A DNA stretch of 63,979 nt, counting the filler, from Basidiobolus ranarum (Eukaryota), in NCBI GenBank assembly GCA_040143965.1. It is 4 parts of 4 records of this genome, joined end to end, with 100 filler letters (N's around TTAATTAATTAA, not from the genome) between each part and the next. Parts side by side here need not be neighbours in the genome. Positions count along the whole stretch, not along the records: positions 16,682 to 33,234 come from JASJQH010007214.1; positions 33,335 to 49,860 come from JASJQH010007215.1; 2 more parts are not named here. One strand, written 5' to 3'. A program made the translations under genes and the position numbers. Each line of letters starts with the position of its first letter. Positions within the stretch are counted from its first letter, which is position 1. Below the pieces are notes generated by a model. The model saw only the letters and a list, made by a program, of their open reading frames with translations, was not told the origin of the DNA and did no database searches. Of this stretch, positions 25,689 to 37,579 are shown in pieces.

Positions 25689-28600
25689 CTATGGCTCGCC
25701 ATCATGGGGTAAATCTCTATCTAACAATTTATAACATGAAATGCAGTTGAATAACCAAGTGCTAGTGCATAACTGAAAATCCTTGAGCCACATATTCGAC
25801 CGCTCATTAATATGGCATTTTGCATCACATATGATTATAGGTTTACGCACATCAATAGCTTTAGTTGGTGAATCCAGCGTATACTTCTGCGAAGGCTTTC
25901 TAGACAATAACTTCGCACCACCAAGTTTAATAAGTTTTTGCAAGTCAATTTTGCTAGGTACTTCGAAGTCTCCATGGAGATAAAATTTGCAGTCACTAAA
26001 CAGGCGTGGTAGCTATACAAAACATTCGACTTAGTTTTCGAACAAAGAAATATCTAGAGATAAAACGAATCACTTACCTGCTTTTTTGAGCTACGACGCC
26101 CTTTTTTCGGACCAAAAGTAACCCCCATCACAGTATCTCCAGTGATTTCATAGCTCTGCTCATTCAACCATTGATTTGCAGTAATGCTATCAACTATCCC
26201 TAAAATTATATTTTAATAACATATATAAGGAGCAGATGTCAGATTATTGCCTTTACAATTGTGGTTGACGAGCCATTTTCCAACTAGAACTCCACACAGA
26301 TATTTGAGAGTTCTGGGGCATATGTAGTTTTCATCAGCCATTGTAACAACATGAGTAACCGTTTCGTCAAAGCCATGTCCATCATCAATCGTCAACTTCA
26401 GGTCAGATTGGGGTAACAGATCTAAGCTTCGTTGAAGCTCTTGCTATTTAAAGTTTAGCCGAAATTCAGAATAAAGCTTTGGCTAATAACCAATTGATTT
26501 ACCCATTGCAAATTCTTGAGACCTGTTGTTAAAACATGTACAAGATAGTTTTTACCGCGATTTGAGACTATCTGATTCTCGAAGTTCATTGCCGATTTAG
26601 ACTTCGATGCCGGTTTCGTATTAGTTGCTGGAGGAGTTTTCAGCCTGGAATGATCCACACCTCCATCACCTGCCATTATCGGGGAGGGCACCATGCTTTT
26701 GAGTGTTGCTACAGGTAGACGGTGCTTAAAGCAGATTGTACATTTCTTAGCTCTTGGAGTGTTAAGATAAGTGCAGTGCGAACAGCTCCATCGCTTACTA
26801 CCGTTTGGAGTGGTAACATGAGCGAGATGCTCAGTAATCTGCTGAGGGTTTAGTTATATATTAAAATAGTGCCTGGGATTATTCAAATTATCTACAGGTA
26901 CTTACCTCTATATCGGGTCTATTATTAGATAGACGAGGGGTGACACATGCTACATTATTTACAACAGAGCTGGATTTTCTCCGCTTTCTTGGCAAAGTTT
27001 CGATTTTCTATATAATCAAGTCAGTATAATGCAAATTAAAGCATCACTAAAGGTAAATAACCTCTGTTGTTACTTCACAAGGTACAGGGGTTTGTTTTCC
27101 CGTGATACTTGAGTTGCTTTTTTCTTTTCCCCGTTTCGTGTGAGTTGGTGTAGAAGTCTATTCAAATTAACCAAATGATGATTAATTAATAAAGCTATGG
27201 GATGACTAAACATGCGGCTTTGCTAACATGCGTTGGGGGAACTAATTGGTAAGCTCTCTTATTTAAAGGGGGCACAACCTCAACTATAATTGCATCAGAG
27301 TGAGGTTGAACTGAAGGTTTCGTAATGATAGTATCATTGGGAGCACTATACTATTGGAGGGAGCATTGTCACAGAGTGGCAAAAAATAAACACTAAAGTA
27401 TAATATACAAATACTGCTCAACACCCTTCTCACCTGGTTGTTAACATCATCAATTTGCTTTTTAGAGGTTCGAGTTTTGGTTTTGGTAGCATCTGCCCTA
27501 TGATCTAAAAATAGATAGAAGTTCAGTATTCATGCTTCTCAACGAAGGGCATTAATAATACCTGAAGATGTTGCTTTTTTTGAAGACTTGATACGGATAG
27601 GTGTCACCAAGTTAGCTTCAGGATTTTCAGTGGATCTAACGTCTTGGTGTTCATTGGAAGCGGTGTTGTCATGAGGATTGATATTCTCTTTGTCACCATT
27701 TGAATCGTTTGCTTTAGGAATACTAGACGATTTGATAGTAGTATTGCTCGAGCGCTTTCTTTTGCGTTGGTATTTCACTTTAACAGATGGTGTGTCGCTA
27801 AATTCAGTCAAACTAGTAATCATATCGTATACTTCAGGCTGGGATACATTTTGGGGGGAATTTTTCGAATGGAATTCGCTCGTATGCTCCGTAAATAAGC
27901 CTCCAGCATTATCAGTAGATTGCAGGAGGCTGGCATCATCCTTCTCTGTTGTGTTGGATTTAATGTCTAATTTATCAAATGGAGTAGTGTGATCGTCTTT
28001 GCTGTGTTCCTTATTACGATAAAGGCGTCTTCTCACAGAGATTCCCTCGTCAGTATCACTTTCTGCCTCAGTAGTTGTAGTGGAGTCTAAGTTAACGGAT
28101 ATTTGATTTTTACGTGCTATGCGATATTTATCCTTTTTGTTGCAAGCGTCTGTGGGTGATTTACTTGCGGATTTTTTCTTTTCACTCTCTTGATCCAGGC
28201 AATCATCGGTCCCTTGCTTTTCAAAAGCTATAGATCAGAAATAAGTTTTAAGTACAATAATCATATTGTAATTGGGCAATTTTGTATACCTTGACAAGCC
28301 TCTTTAGTTGCGTCTGCAAACAATAATTGAGATTTAGACTCGTTTGTTGAGTCAAAAGGGTCTATTTTTCGGAGGCAATATTAGAGCATTTCTATATGGT
28401 TTCCAAAACTTTAAAACTTACCTTCCAACATCGTGCTACTCAAATCAACAGGATTATTGACCATCAGGTGTTTGATTCGTCTTAGACATGCAACGAGTGT
28501 ATCTTGAGAGGGATTGCGCTTTAGGTTGCCGACTCGGGCAGGCAACTTACATTTAGGGCAGCGACATTCTCGTCCTAGTTTCGGATAAATACAATCTCTG

Positions 28601-28889
28601 ATATTGCAAAGGGAAATAAATGATTTGTTGGCAAATTATTTCACGTAATTCAAATATTTACTTGCAGAAATGATGGCCACACTCAGTTGAAGTATAAGCT
28701 TCCTTCAAAAGCTTAGAGCTAATAAATAATAAATCGAGGTTATTCTAACATTCAGAAGATGCTTGGTTGACCTTGTCGTCACTATCACGAAATCAAATTT
28801 TTGAAGAGACACGATTATCTTTTCCAGTACCATATTTTGCATTCAAGTAGATTTTCAAGCCTTTCAACAGCTAAATCGAAACGATTCAT
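25689..28889 (-). CDS. BRCA1/BARD1-like protein: N-terminal C3HC4 RING, RanBP2-type zinc finger, C-terminal tandem BRCT; multi-exon
   Basis: Spliced RING LECKICSKLL...ECGHHFCKDCI...CPKCKLPA; zinc finger WSCSHCTYLNTPRAKKCTIC at 26731-26790. BRCT motifs VLTTGL, THVVTMADENYICPRTLKYLCGVLVGKWLV, GPKKGR, LFSDCKFYL...LIKLGGAKLL...WLFNCIS. Confidence 0.85.
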
Positions 28890-30333
28890 CTGGTATAAAC
28901 AGTTCTGATGTTTAAATTTGTCGCAGGTTCTGAAGTAAAGTGTTTCTTCGTAAATTCTGTGCCAGAGTATCTCTTTGCTTCGAAAGACCACTCCAATGCA
29001 CTACTATGTTTACAATAGGAAACCTAGCGAAAAGTCAAAAGTTAAGCAGGTTGGCCAAGAAAACGTCACAGAAAATCGATTATCCATATTTGATATGGAA
29101 TAAACAAAACAAATTTGCATTCATCAAGTAATAGTATCTCCAACATCAGTATCAGATTTAATACTAATCACTAGGATTTCTACTCACCTGGGGAAGAGTA
29201 ACCAATGTCGTTTGTCAAGTGACAGAAACCGAAACTGAAGTGAAATGGTAACTTTGGAATGAGTAGAGAATTTATATACACTCATATACTTGACTTCTGG
29301 CCAATCAAGTGTACGCCATTCGGATTGTTTATTTATTTATTAAATATCTGTACGCACGTTAGCCGCAGCCGACGCCAGTTTATTAACCCATGGATATTGG
29401 AGCTATATAGGTTGCGACGATCTTCACTCCAGATGTAGCTGAGGATTCAAGTATGGATTATACGAATAGAAATAGTTGTTTATTTAATCGTTCATCTTGC
29501 GGAGCGTAAGTGAAGATTATACGGATATGTTTGTCTTGACCCAGTATTTCCACATCTAGCACATACAAAGGTGACTCATGTTAGTGCATATACTTTGACG
29601 AAATCTACACGGGCCGTACTATAAAGTGATTATCTAATAATCGGAGTAATCGAGTGCGGAGAATCATGCAAAGGTAGTAGGAAAGATCTTAATGTCATCG
29701 GTAGTAGTTCCGTGAATTTTCCCGCAATCGACAAAACTAGTGTTGCCAAAACCAGATACTAGCTAGAGAGCTATCATCACAAAATATTGGCACCTGCCGC
29801 AATGGAATTTAGTTGCATTTGCGTTTTCTTGCCCACATCAACTTGAGCTGATGTCCAAAATTAGTCCAATTTTGCGAAATGGTCACTAATATTTTTTATG
29901 TGCAAAAATTAAGTCTTGTGCGCTACCTTGCGACTGTGAAATTATGCAACGGCAGCTCCAAAATAACAAAACACAATCTCAAAAGCGACCCAATTTAAGA
30001 GAACTGTTTAAGAAACTGGATGCTTTACATATAACTACAAGCACAGCCTAAATGCTGATGCATAGACATTCACAATGTTACCGCTCATACGAGGTGATTA
30101 CCACAGCCCGGTAATTCATGTTCGAAATGCTTTAGTTACAGTAGATGATATAAAAACTCTATCCTTAATTTTGGTGCCGAAATTTGGTTTAATGAGTTCG
30201 TAACGAGTACAAGGCACGCTCCGTCTTTCACAAAGTAAAGAATACGAAAGATATAATAACTTGACAAATGTTTCTGTCTAGATAGATTGAAATATATTTA
30301 TCTACTGCTGATGGAACCTATATGATGAAAACC

Positions 30334-31335
30334 CTAGTTGTCATCGGCATTACGATCTGCAAAATAAATACCCTCCTGCTCAACATATAACGTATTAGCA
30401 ATGAACAAAGATGGGAAATCAAGTACAATACTGTAGACATACCAAAGCTTTCCATGTTGTACTTTTACTTTTTTGAGATAGCGCATGAACCTCGAGTTGC
30501 CCGTAAATTACGTGCTGATGATAGGTGTACCGTTTATCGGTTGAAAGGTATTTGCCCGTGTCAATATGAGCAAGATGGATCTCATGATTGCGAATCCAAG
30601 CTCCATCTTTATCATTAGCACAGACCACTCTCCAATTATCGCCTGATAGCAACAGTCGTGATTAGTTTAATGGACAACAGAGAAGGAAAAATGAATATCT
30701 CTACCGCTATCTTCTCCATGATAAGAGCTAATTTCTTGATATGGTGACATAGGAGCGTCATGTAAATGACTGTGAAGATGTGTTTTGGTGTTCATATGTT
30801 GGAGGCGTATTATTGAGTTGCACTCCACAGCTTGACTAGAAATACAAATCATTCGTTATAAATACGAAAATCTAATATCGTGCATGTAGTGACAAACCCG
30901 CGCGGACAGCTTTCACCCAAGGCTCCTTTGACTACCCAAAGACTATTTGTGTCATCTCCACTGGATAGTGCGGTTACTGACTGTTGACGACTTCCAGAGC
31001 CTTTGTGTGAAAGATGGTGAGTGTTATGTTGTACTCTGCATAGGTTTATATTACTCCAACTAACCATAGGGAATCTCATGAGAATGAAGTCTGTATCCTG
31101 TTTCGCTATGGCCTAATTTTAAGGCACTCCCACAAGTGACTTTCTCGAAATCTGCAAATGAAAATGTTTATTATTTATGAATAAGTTCGAGTAATTTGCA
31201 ATGTCCAAAAAAGTGAAACTTACCTTCATCTATTTCATATGAGATTGCACCGTTAGTGATACGAGTGCTTAGTAATAAGCAAGTGAGAATGAGAGTAATA
31301 GAGTTGGTCCAGTTAGGCATTCTAATAGTAATCAT
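30334..31335 (-). CDS. SDF2: SDF2-like ER MIR-domain protein, multi-exon
   Basis: Signal peptide, then VTCGSALKL...RLHSHEIPYG|SGSRQQSVT...DDTNSLW, IIRLQHMNTKTHLHSH, GDNWRVVC, GQLEVH and EGIYF. Alternative ATG at 31320. Confidence 0.92.
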
Positions 31336-31875
31336 GTTGGGAAGGAAACTTGGATATATATGACTGTTTCATTTATAAATATCAAGCATGATATTGTACG
31401 GTATATCTACCAATAGCCCGTTACCATCTGGTGACCAAAAATGAAATTAAATGGTAGTTATACTAACCTCATTGCATCTAATAGAAAAATAACCAAAGTT
31501 TGAAACAAATAGAAGGCAACTCTCCATACCATCTCTAGCTCAAGAGCATATAGGATAGCATTACTAAGATGATCCAGAACCTTGGGTATTATTTGATACT
31601 TATTACATATGTATTCAGCCTTCTTGAGATTTCAATCGTAATGGTTAACTCGTGTTTCGTTATGAAAATCGCCTCAATATCTGTCTCCATAGCTGCTACA
31701 AAAATCACTTTGATTCATCCTAAACTAAATTTATGTGATTTTTCAACTATATAGAATTTTTTATATTTTTAAAAGCTGTCGTTAACTTCACTTGGCTTCT
31801 ATTCAAGTTTTGGTAAGGTGAAGTGTGTTAATTTTGACAGTATCCTCGCTCTTACCTAGTTGAAGCTTCATAACT

Positions 31876-33234
31876 ATGGTTGATATCAACTTTACTAAGA
31901 TTTGTGGAGTGGCCATCGCTTTACGATTGGTGCTGCTAGTATACGGTGAATGGCAAGATGCCAACATGACAGTTAAATATACAGATATTGACTATTTGGT
32001 ATTCACTGATGCCTCTCGTTTTGTGACTGAAGGAAAAAGCCCTTATGAAAGAGCTACTTATAGATACACTCCATTGTTAGCTATTTTACTGACGCCAAAC
32101 ATTTTCCTACATAAAGCTTTTGGAAAATGTTTGTTTGTTATAGCGGATATAGTGGTAGGGATACTAATCGGAAAAATTCTTCAACGTCGCGGCTTGAACC
32201 AAACGAAAATCACCTTCTATACAAGCCTGTGGCTTCTTAATCCTGTGGTTGCGAACATTTCAACTCGTGGAAATGCAGAGTCATTAATCGGTGCTATGGT
32301 ATTGGGCTTCCTATATTGCTTATTGACAAAACGTTTGTATTTGGGCTCCTTTCTTTTTGGATTATCGGTTCATTTCAAAATGTACCCGATCATATACGCT
32401 TTGCCAGGCCTTATGCTGCTAGATGATAATTTCGATACTACTAAAGGAAAAAGGCGTGCTGTGTTAAATGAAAATAATAGCTGGCTTGGAAAGGCGGTTG
32501 ATTTCGTTAACAAAAAGAGGATCCTTTTCGGCTTAGTAAGCGGTTCCGTATTTCTTTTGTTGAACGCTATGATGTACTATTTGTAAGTGAACGTTCTCCA
32601 AACCATTTATTGTAATGTTTAAGGGTTTTTTGTCTGAAGTTTATTGATATCATTAGATATGGATACGAGTTTTTGTATGAAACCTATCTTTACCATGTCA
32701 CTCGTAAAGATCACCGACACAACTTCTCAGTCTGGTTCTATCACATTTATTTGAACTTCTCCGGAGCGGAAAGTAGATTCTTAGGACTAGCTACATCCAT
32801 TCCGCAATTAGGAGTTACTTTCTTGCTAGGATTACTATTTGGCAAAGATATCTTTTTCAGTTGCTTCGTGCAGACCTTTGCTTTTGTCATGTATAATAGA
32901 GTGTGCACATCTCAGGTGATTAGATGATTCTCAATGGATTTCCACAAGTGACTAACTCATTACAATTTAGTATTTCATGTGGTACATTTGTCTGTTTCCG
33001 TTAATTCTTCCTTCTACCACGATCGACTTCACATGGAAAGGCATCTTCATGATTTTGGCGTGGGTAGGGAGTCAGGTAGTTATCATGTGCTATGGATTGC
33101 TGGGAAACTTGAGTTTAGTAACACGCTTTTTTTAGGGTCTCTGGTTGAACTATGGATATCAGTTAGAATTCCTTGGGCAAAATGTATTTTATCAACTATG
33201 GATCTCAGCAATCTTGTTCTTTTTAGCCAACACA
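31876..33234 (+). CDS. GPI14: GPI alpha-1,4-mannosyltransferase I (PIG-M/Gpi14), truncated by the spacer
   Basis: Motifs VKYTDIDYLVFTDA, SPYERATYRYTPLLA, ISTRGNAES, SVHFKMYPIIY, YHVTRKDHRHNFS and VCTSQYF. Confidence 0.95.
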
Positions 33235-33334
33235 NNNNNNNNNNNNNNNNNNNNNNNNNNNNNNNNNNNNNNNNNNNNTTAATTAATTAANNNNNNNNNN
33301 NNNNNNNNNNNNNNNNNNNNNNNNNNNNNNNNNN
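33235..33334. other. Artificial assembly spacer
   Basis: N44-TTAATTAATTAA-N44; it cuts the PIG-M CDS. Confidence 0.97.
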
Positions 33335-34395
33335 AGTAAATTCCGATTGAGAATAATTGATAATATCTTAGTGAATTATAAGATAACTAAGTACTAAGCT
33401 ATATATGACTATATAGGTGTTTAGGCAATGCTAATTTCAACATATTTCTGATCCATATATTCTTTTTCACCAACATTGAGCAAACTAGAATTTCTAAGTA
33501 AATTCTGTTGAAATTAGCAATGCATAAGCACCTATATAGTTATATATAGCTTAGTACTGAGTTATCTTATATTTCACTAAGATATTACCTATTATTCTCA
33601 TAAGGAATTTACTTAGAAATTCTCAGATATATGGATTTTTCAAACTTGTGCTAGGAACTCCAAGCTATGCACACATGTTCCTGGGATCTCTTTTAACACA
33701 TTCTATACATTGGTGTGTCTATATTTCGATAAAACTATAAATGTCAACTTTCTACTCAATAAATCAATAAGTGAAAACCACCAATTTCTCTAATTCTCAA
33801 AATCACTTCCAACAGGCTCCCAAATACTTTAACATAAACACCCATATAGTCATACCTAAGCACCTATATAGTCATATATAGCTTAGTATTTAGTTATCTT
33901 ATACTTTCACTAAGATATTACCATTATTCTCATGAGGAATTTACTTGGAATATTTTTACCAACTTAGAAGTTCCTACTTACAATATTGAAACCAAGTTAG
34001 AAGTTTTCAGATATATGTATTTTTCAAAATTGTGCTTGAAGCCCCAAGCTTTGCACACATGTTCCTGAAACTTTTTTTAACACATTCTACACGTTGATTT
34101 GCTTACATCTCGACAAAATTATAAATGTCAACTTTCGATTCAATAAATCAATAAGCGAAAACCACCAATTTCTCTAATTCTGCAAGCCACTTCCAACAGG
34201 CTCCCAAATACTTTAACAGAACCAAACTTTGCACACAGGTTCCTGGGACTTTCCTTAACACATTATAAGTGTTTATGTGTTTACTTCTTGAAAAGGCTTT
34301 AAATATCAACTCTCTATTCAATAAAGCATTAAGTGGAAACTACTAATTACTCTAGTTCTCCAAACCACTTACAAAAAATTCCCAAAATACTTCAA
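33335..34395. repeat. Composite AT-rich inverted plus tandem repeat block
   Basis: Inverted arms ~33335-33441 and ~33505-33613, with unit A repeated directly at ~33858-33945. Unit B (~215 bp) at ~33622-33835, ~34006-34218 and partially ~34228-34395. Confidence 0.88.
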
Positions 34396-36283
34396 TATAT
34401 ATAACTACGACAGAGAGAGTAAAAAGCAAGCAGAGTCTTTCTAGTAAATATAATAGGATTACATGCTAGAATAGGTAAGGTGGAGATGAAGTTGTTGAGG
34501 AATGGTCTACTTTACTGCAACTAGGATAAACTCTATCTACATGGTTATCAGGATCATGAACCGATACAATTATTGGGTAACTTAGGTACACTAGAGGGTA
34601 AGGGAGATATATGTATATACAGGTATTATTTTTCTACCATGTGAAAAAGTTAAAGTTCTTTCCACAGTTGGATTATTGATTGAATTATAACTCAGGGTAT
34701 TTTACAAGCATGCTACAGTGCGACTTTCCTTTAGTATCATTCAATAGACTCAACCTTGGGACAATCATGTTAAACCAGGCCTTTGACAATCCTCCCATCT
34801 TACTTTTTTTATCATCCTTTGACTATAACATTGATAAGCATGTTACACAAGCTCCTGGATCCAATATGTGAAGTATCATGGCTTCCGATACACGATTTCC
34901 TAGATTTCATCCGGCTAAATGGTCAGCCCCATTGATGCCACTTACATAACTACCTACTAGTCACCAGTACTACCAGATAGTCTTTTGAGGCAGAGCTCAC
35001 AACTGGTTAATATGATATACGCTAGATTGAAATTCGTTGAAGACTGTAAAAAACCAATCATTAGGCCGAAGGGTTCAAACGTCATACCAGACCAATGGAA
35101 GCGACTGATCAGGTTAAGAATTACTATTATATATTACGACTGACTGAGCTAGGACTATCCAGCCAACAATTAAAATTTAGATGGTGGATTTTGCCGGGTC
35201 ATATAATCATAATATTTTTAAGTTAGAACCACAAATTTTTTGAAGATAGAATCAGGACTTCGAATACCGAGGAAGTTGAACACATGTATAACATGTTGTG
35301 ATGGATGTCCGATATTGGAACCAATATTATCACTGTCACGGTCACAGTCACGAATATATTGGGTACCACGAAGCAGTTCCAGTGCCAACCCTATCATTTT
35401 TGAAAGACAAAGTAACACAGGGCAATCTACATTGGTTACACATTACTATGACACTATGAATCACGATCTGCCTTCCAGAGATTTGTGATAGTTAGAGAAT
35501 GTGAATGGATGTTGAGTGCCGTTCATCCTTAGCCCCAATAAAAACAAAATTGAGTTTGAAAAATGTTCCCTTTTATTGTTGCTGAGTACGTTACACAAAC
35601 ACTCCTACATTGCAGTCGAGATATACATGTAATACAGAGATCGGGGGCGATTTCTTATCTATTAATCGAAGTAGTTTCACTTAGCCATGTAATTTGTTCA
35701 CTATTATAGTCTCTGGGATGCACTCAGTTTTTCTTCCCAGAGCACAGAAAGACCCTTGGGGTCAATGTGAGCCAGGATAGGTGGTTCCTGGTTTCGTTCC
35801 GACCCAGAAATCAATACTTCATACTGCGAAGTTCCATCCATTGGCTCCTCTAAAGGCCATCAAGCTTGCGTGGATCCGGGTTTTCCGACGGTATGTGATT
35901 CGTTAGCACAATCCGAAATCAGAAATTCGCTATCTCCAATATCTGGTGAATTCCGCCAACTCTTCACTTATTATTCGAAAGCCATGATGTCACAGTCAAG
36001 AAACTTCCGAGTGGCTCAACTCAGAGTATTGTGAGCAGTAACCGCTAATCCCTTGGTGTTAAGATCTTTATTGAAAATCTAGTTGGATGGGGGTCGTAAT
36101 GGTGTATGTATGTATACTGCAGATAACTTCGGCAATGAGGATGCATGCCCTAATAGTATTAATCTATTTTCAGATTGACATGATCTGTGAATTAAACATT
36201 GATGAATTTACAATGGGAAATTGAACACTATGATGCTCATGTTGATGATGATATTTGGATTGATTCCTTCTCCTGGGAGATGT

Positions 36284-37579
36284 CTAAGAATCGTCTGTAT
36301 GAACCGGTATGTGGTTCGCCTTCGTAACTCCCTTGGCTGCTACATACGCAAATGGGATTGAGAACACAAAGAGGACGCAATTGATTACTACCACGTGAAT
36401 CGGAGATACATGAAGCAAAGGGATGTACCAGGATATGGCTGTACCAGCAGATTGTACACATTTATAAAATCCCGAGAATCTTGATAAAATCATTGCGTTG
36501 TTAGTGATTGCTCCAAGAATCCAATAGCACCAAGTTTGAATCATCGCATCTGATATGCCACATAGCAAAAGCAAGACCAATGCACTTATATAATCACTAT
36601 CCACAATATCAATTCCAGAGCGAGTGATTATATCAGTACGCGATAATTCCAGCACAATACATCCAGTCCATGTTGTAGTATAGAAAATAGTTAGGAATAA
36701 GAGACCCAACATAGCACGTTTGGGGCGTGAGAACAGAGGATTGTCGAGAAACTGTCCGAAAGTAAGAGATCCTAGCATTTGTGAAGCCCAGTAGAAAATC
36801 GCATTAAAGGCATGTGAACGAGTGGAAAAAAGATCATTATTAAAGTTACTAAATCTATAGCTGTAAAACCAATTGGAGTAGAAGAATAATGGCATCAGAA
36901 GAAGCAGTTTACGGTGGAGAAACGCATGCGGAATTTGTCTTATTTCATGATGAAATTGAAATTTTGTTTTCGTAGTAACTCTGCTACCATCGCTCCTGAC
37001 TACGGTGGCGGGATTGATCAATAGCAAGGAGAAAATTCCACTCAATACACTTAGAACCACAAAAGACACATTCACTGCGCTATATGTCAGCCCACAAAGG
37101 GTCAAGAGTCCTCCGATAAATGCTCCAGAATTGAATATCGGCCAAAAAATCCCAAAAAACCGCCCTTTTTGGTTTTCCATCGGGTATGCCATCATAATCA
37201 CCCCCTGTGCAGTCCACACAATGGCACATCCAAACCCAGCAAATACGGCACCCACAATAGTGAATACATTCTGTGTGTTTGACGACAACCATATCATCAA
37301 GAAGTAAACTATGTAGGTGCCGGAGCCTATGAGAAAGATTATTCTGGGTCCCAGCATATTATTCAAACTGCCTGATATGATGGAGAATACTGAACAAGTG
37401 ACATAGAATACGGTGTTTACTGTTGTGGTGCTCTGCTGGTTAAGGTTTCCAAGCGTTCCGATTCCATAATTCGCGTTGTACGCTCCAATCATCAGGCAAC
37501 AGATCAGTCCCACTAAAATTAACTGACTCAAAGGGCTGTTCAGTCTTAGATTATTAGTGGACATGTTAATCCATTCCAT
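36284..37579 (-). CDS. UNC93-like MFS membrane protein, intronless
   Basis: About 12 hydrophobic segments; motifs WTAQGVIMMAYP.E.QKGRFFGIFW.IFNSG, FFYSNWFYSY and SRFSGFYKCVQSAG. The start could be 37579 or 37564. Confidence 0.9.
   Translation of the reverse strand: MEWINMSTNNLRLNSPLSQLILVGLICCLMIGAYNANYGIGTLGNLNQQSTTTVNTVFYVTCSVFSIISGSLNNMLGPRIIFLIGSGTYIVYFLMIWLSSNTQNVFTIVGAVFAGFGCAIVWTAQGVIMMAYPMENQKGRFFGIFWPIFNSGAFIGGLLTLCGLTYSAVNVSFVVLSVLSGIFSLLLINPATVVRSDGSRVTTKTKFQFHHEIRQIPHAFLHRKLLLLMPLFFYSNWFYSYRFSNFNNDLFSTRSHAFNAIFYWASQMLGSLTFGQFLDNPLFSRPKRAMLGLLFLTIFYTTTWTGCIVLELSRTDIITRSGIDIVDSDYISALVLLLLCGISDAMIQTWCYWILGAITNNAMILSRFSGFYKCVQSAGTAISWYIPLLHVSPIHVVVINCVLFVFSIPFAYVAAKGVTKANHIPVHTDDS

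Noticed and set aside
33335-34395. Possible CRISPR-like array
   Set aside because: Units are 90-215 bp, diverged and lack unique spacers; the context is eukaryotic.
35700-36060. Minus-strand ISDFGLC (kinase DFG-like) in a coding-looking stretch
   Set aside because: Flanked by stops with no other kinase motifs; possibly decayed coding DNA, but unassignable.
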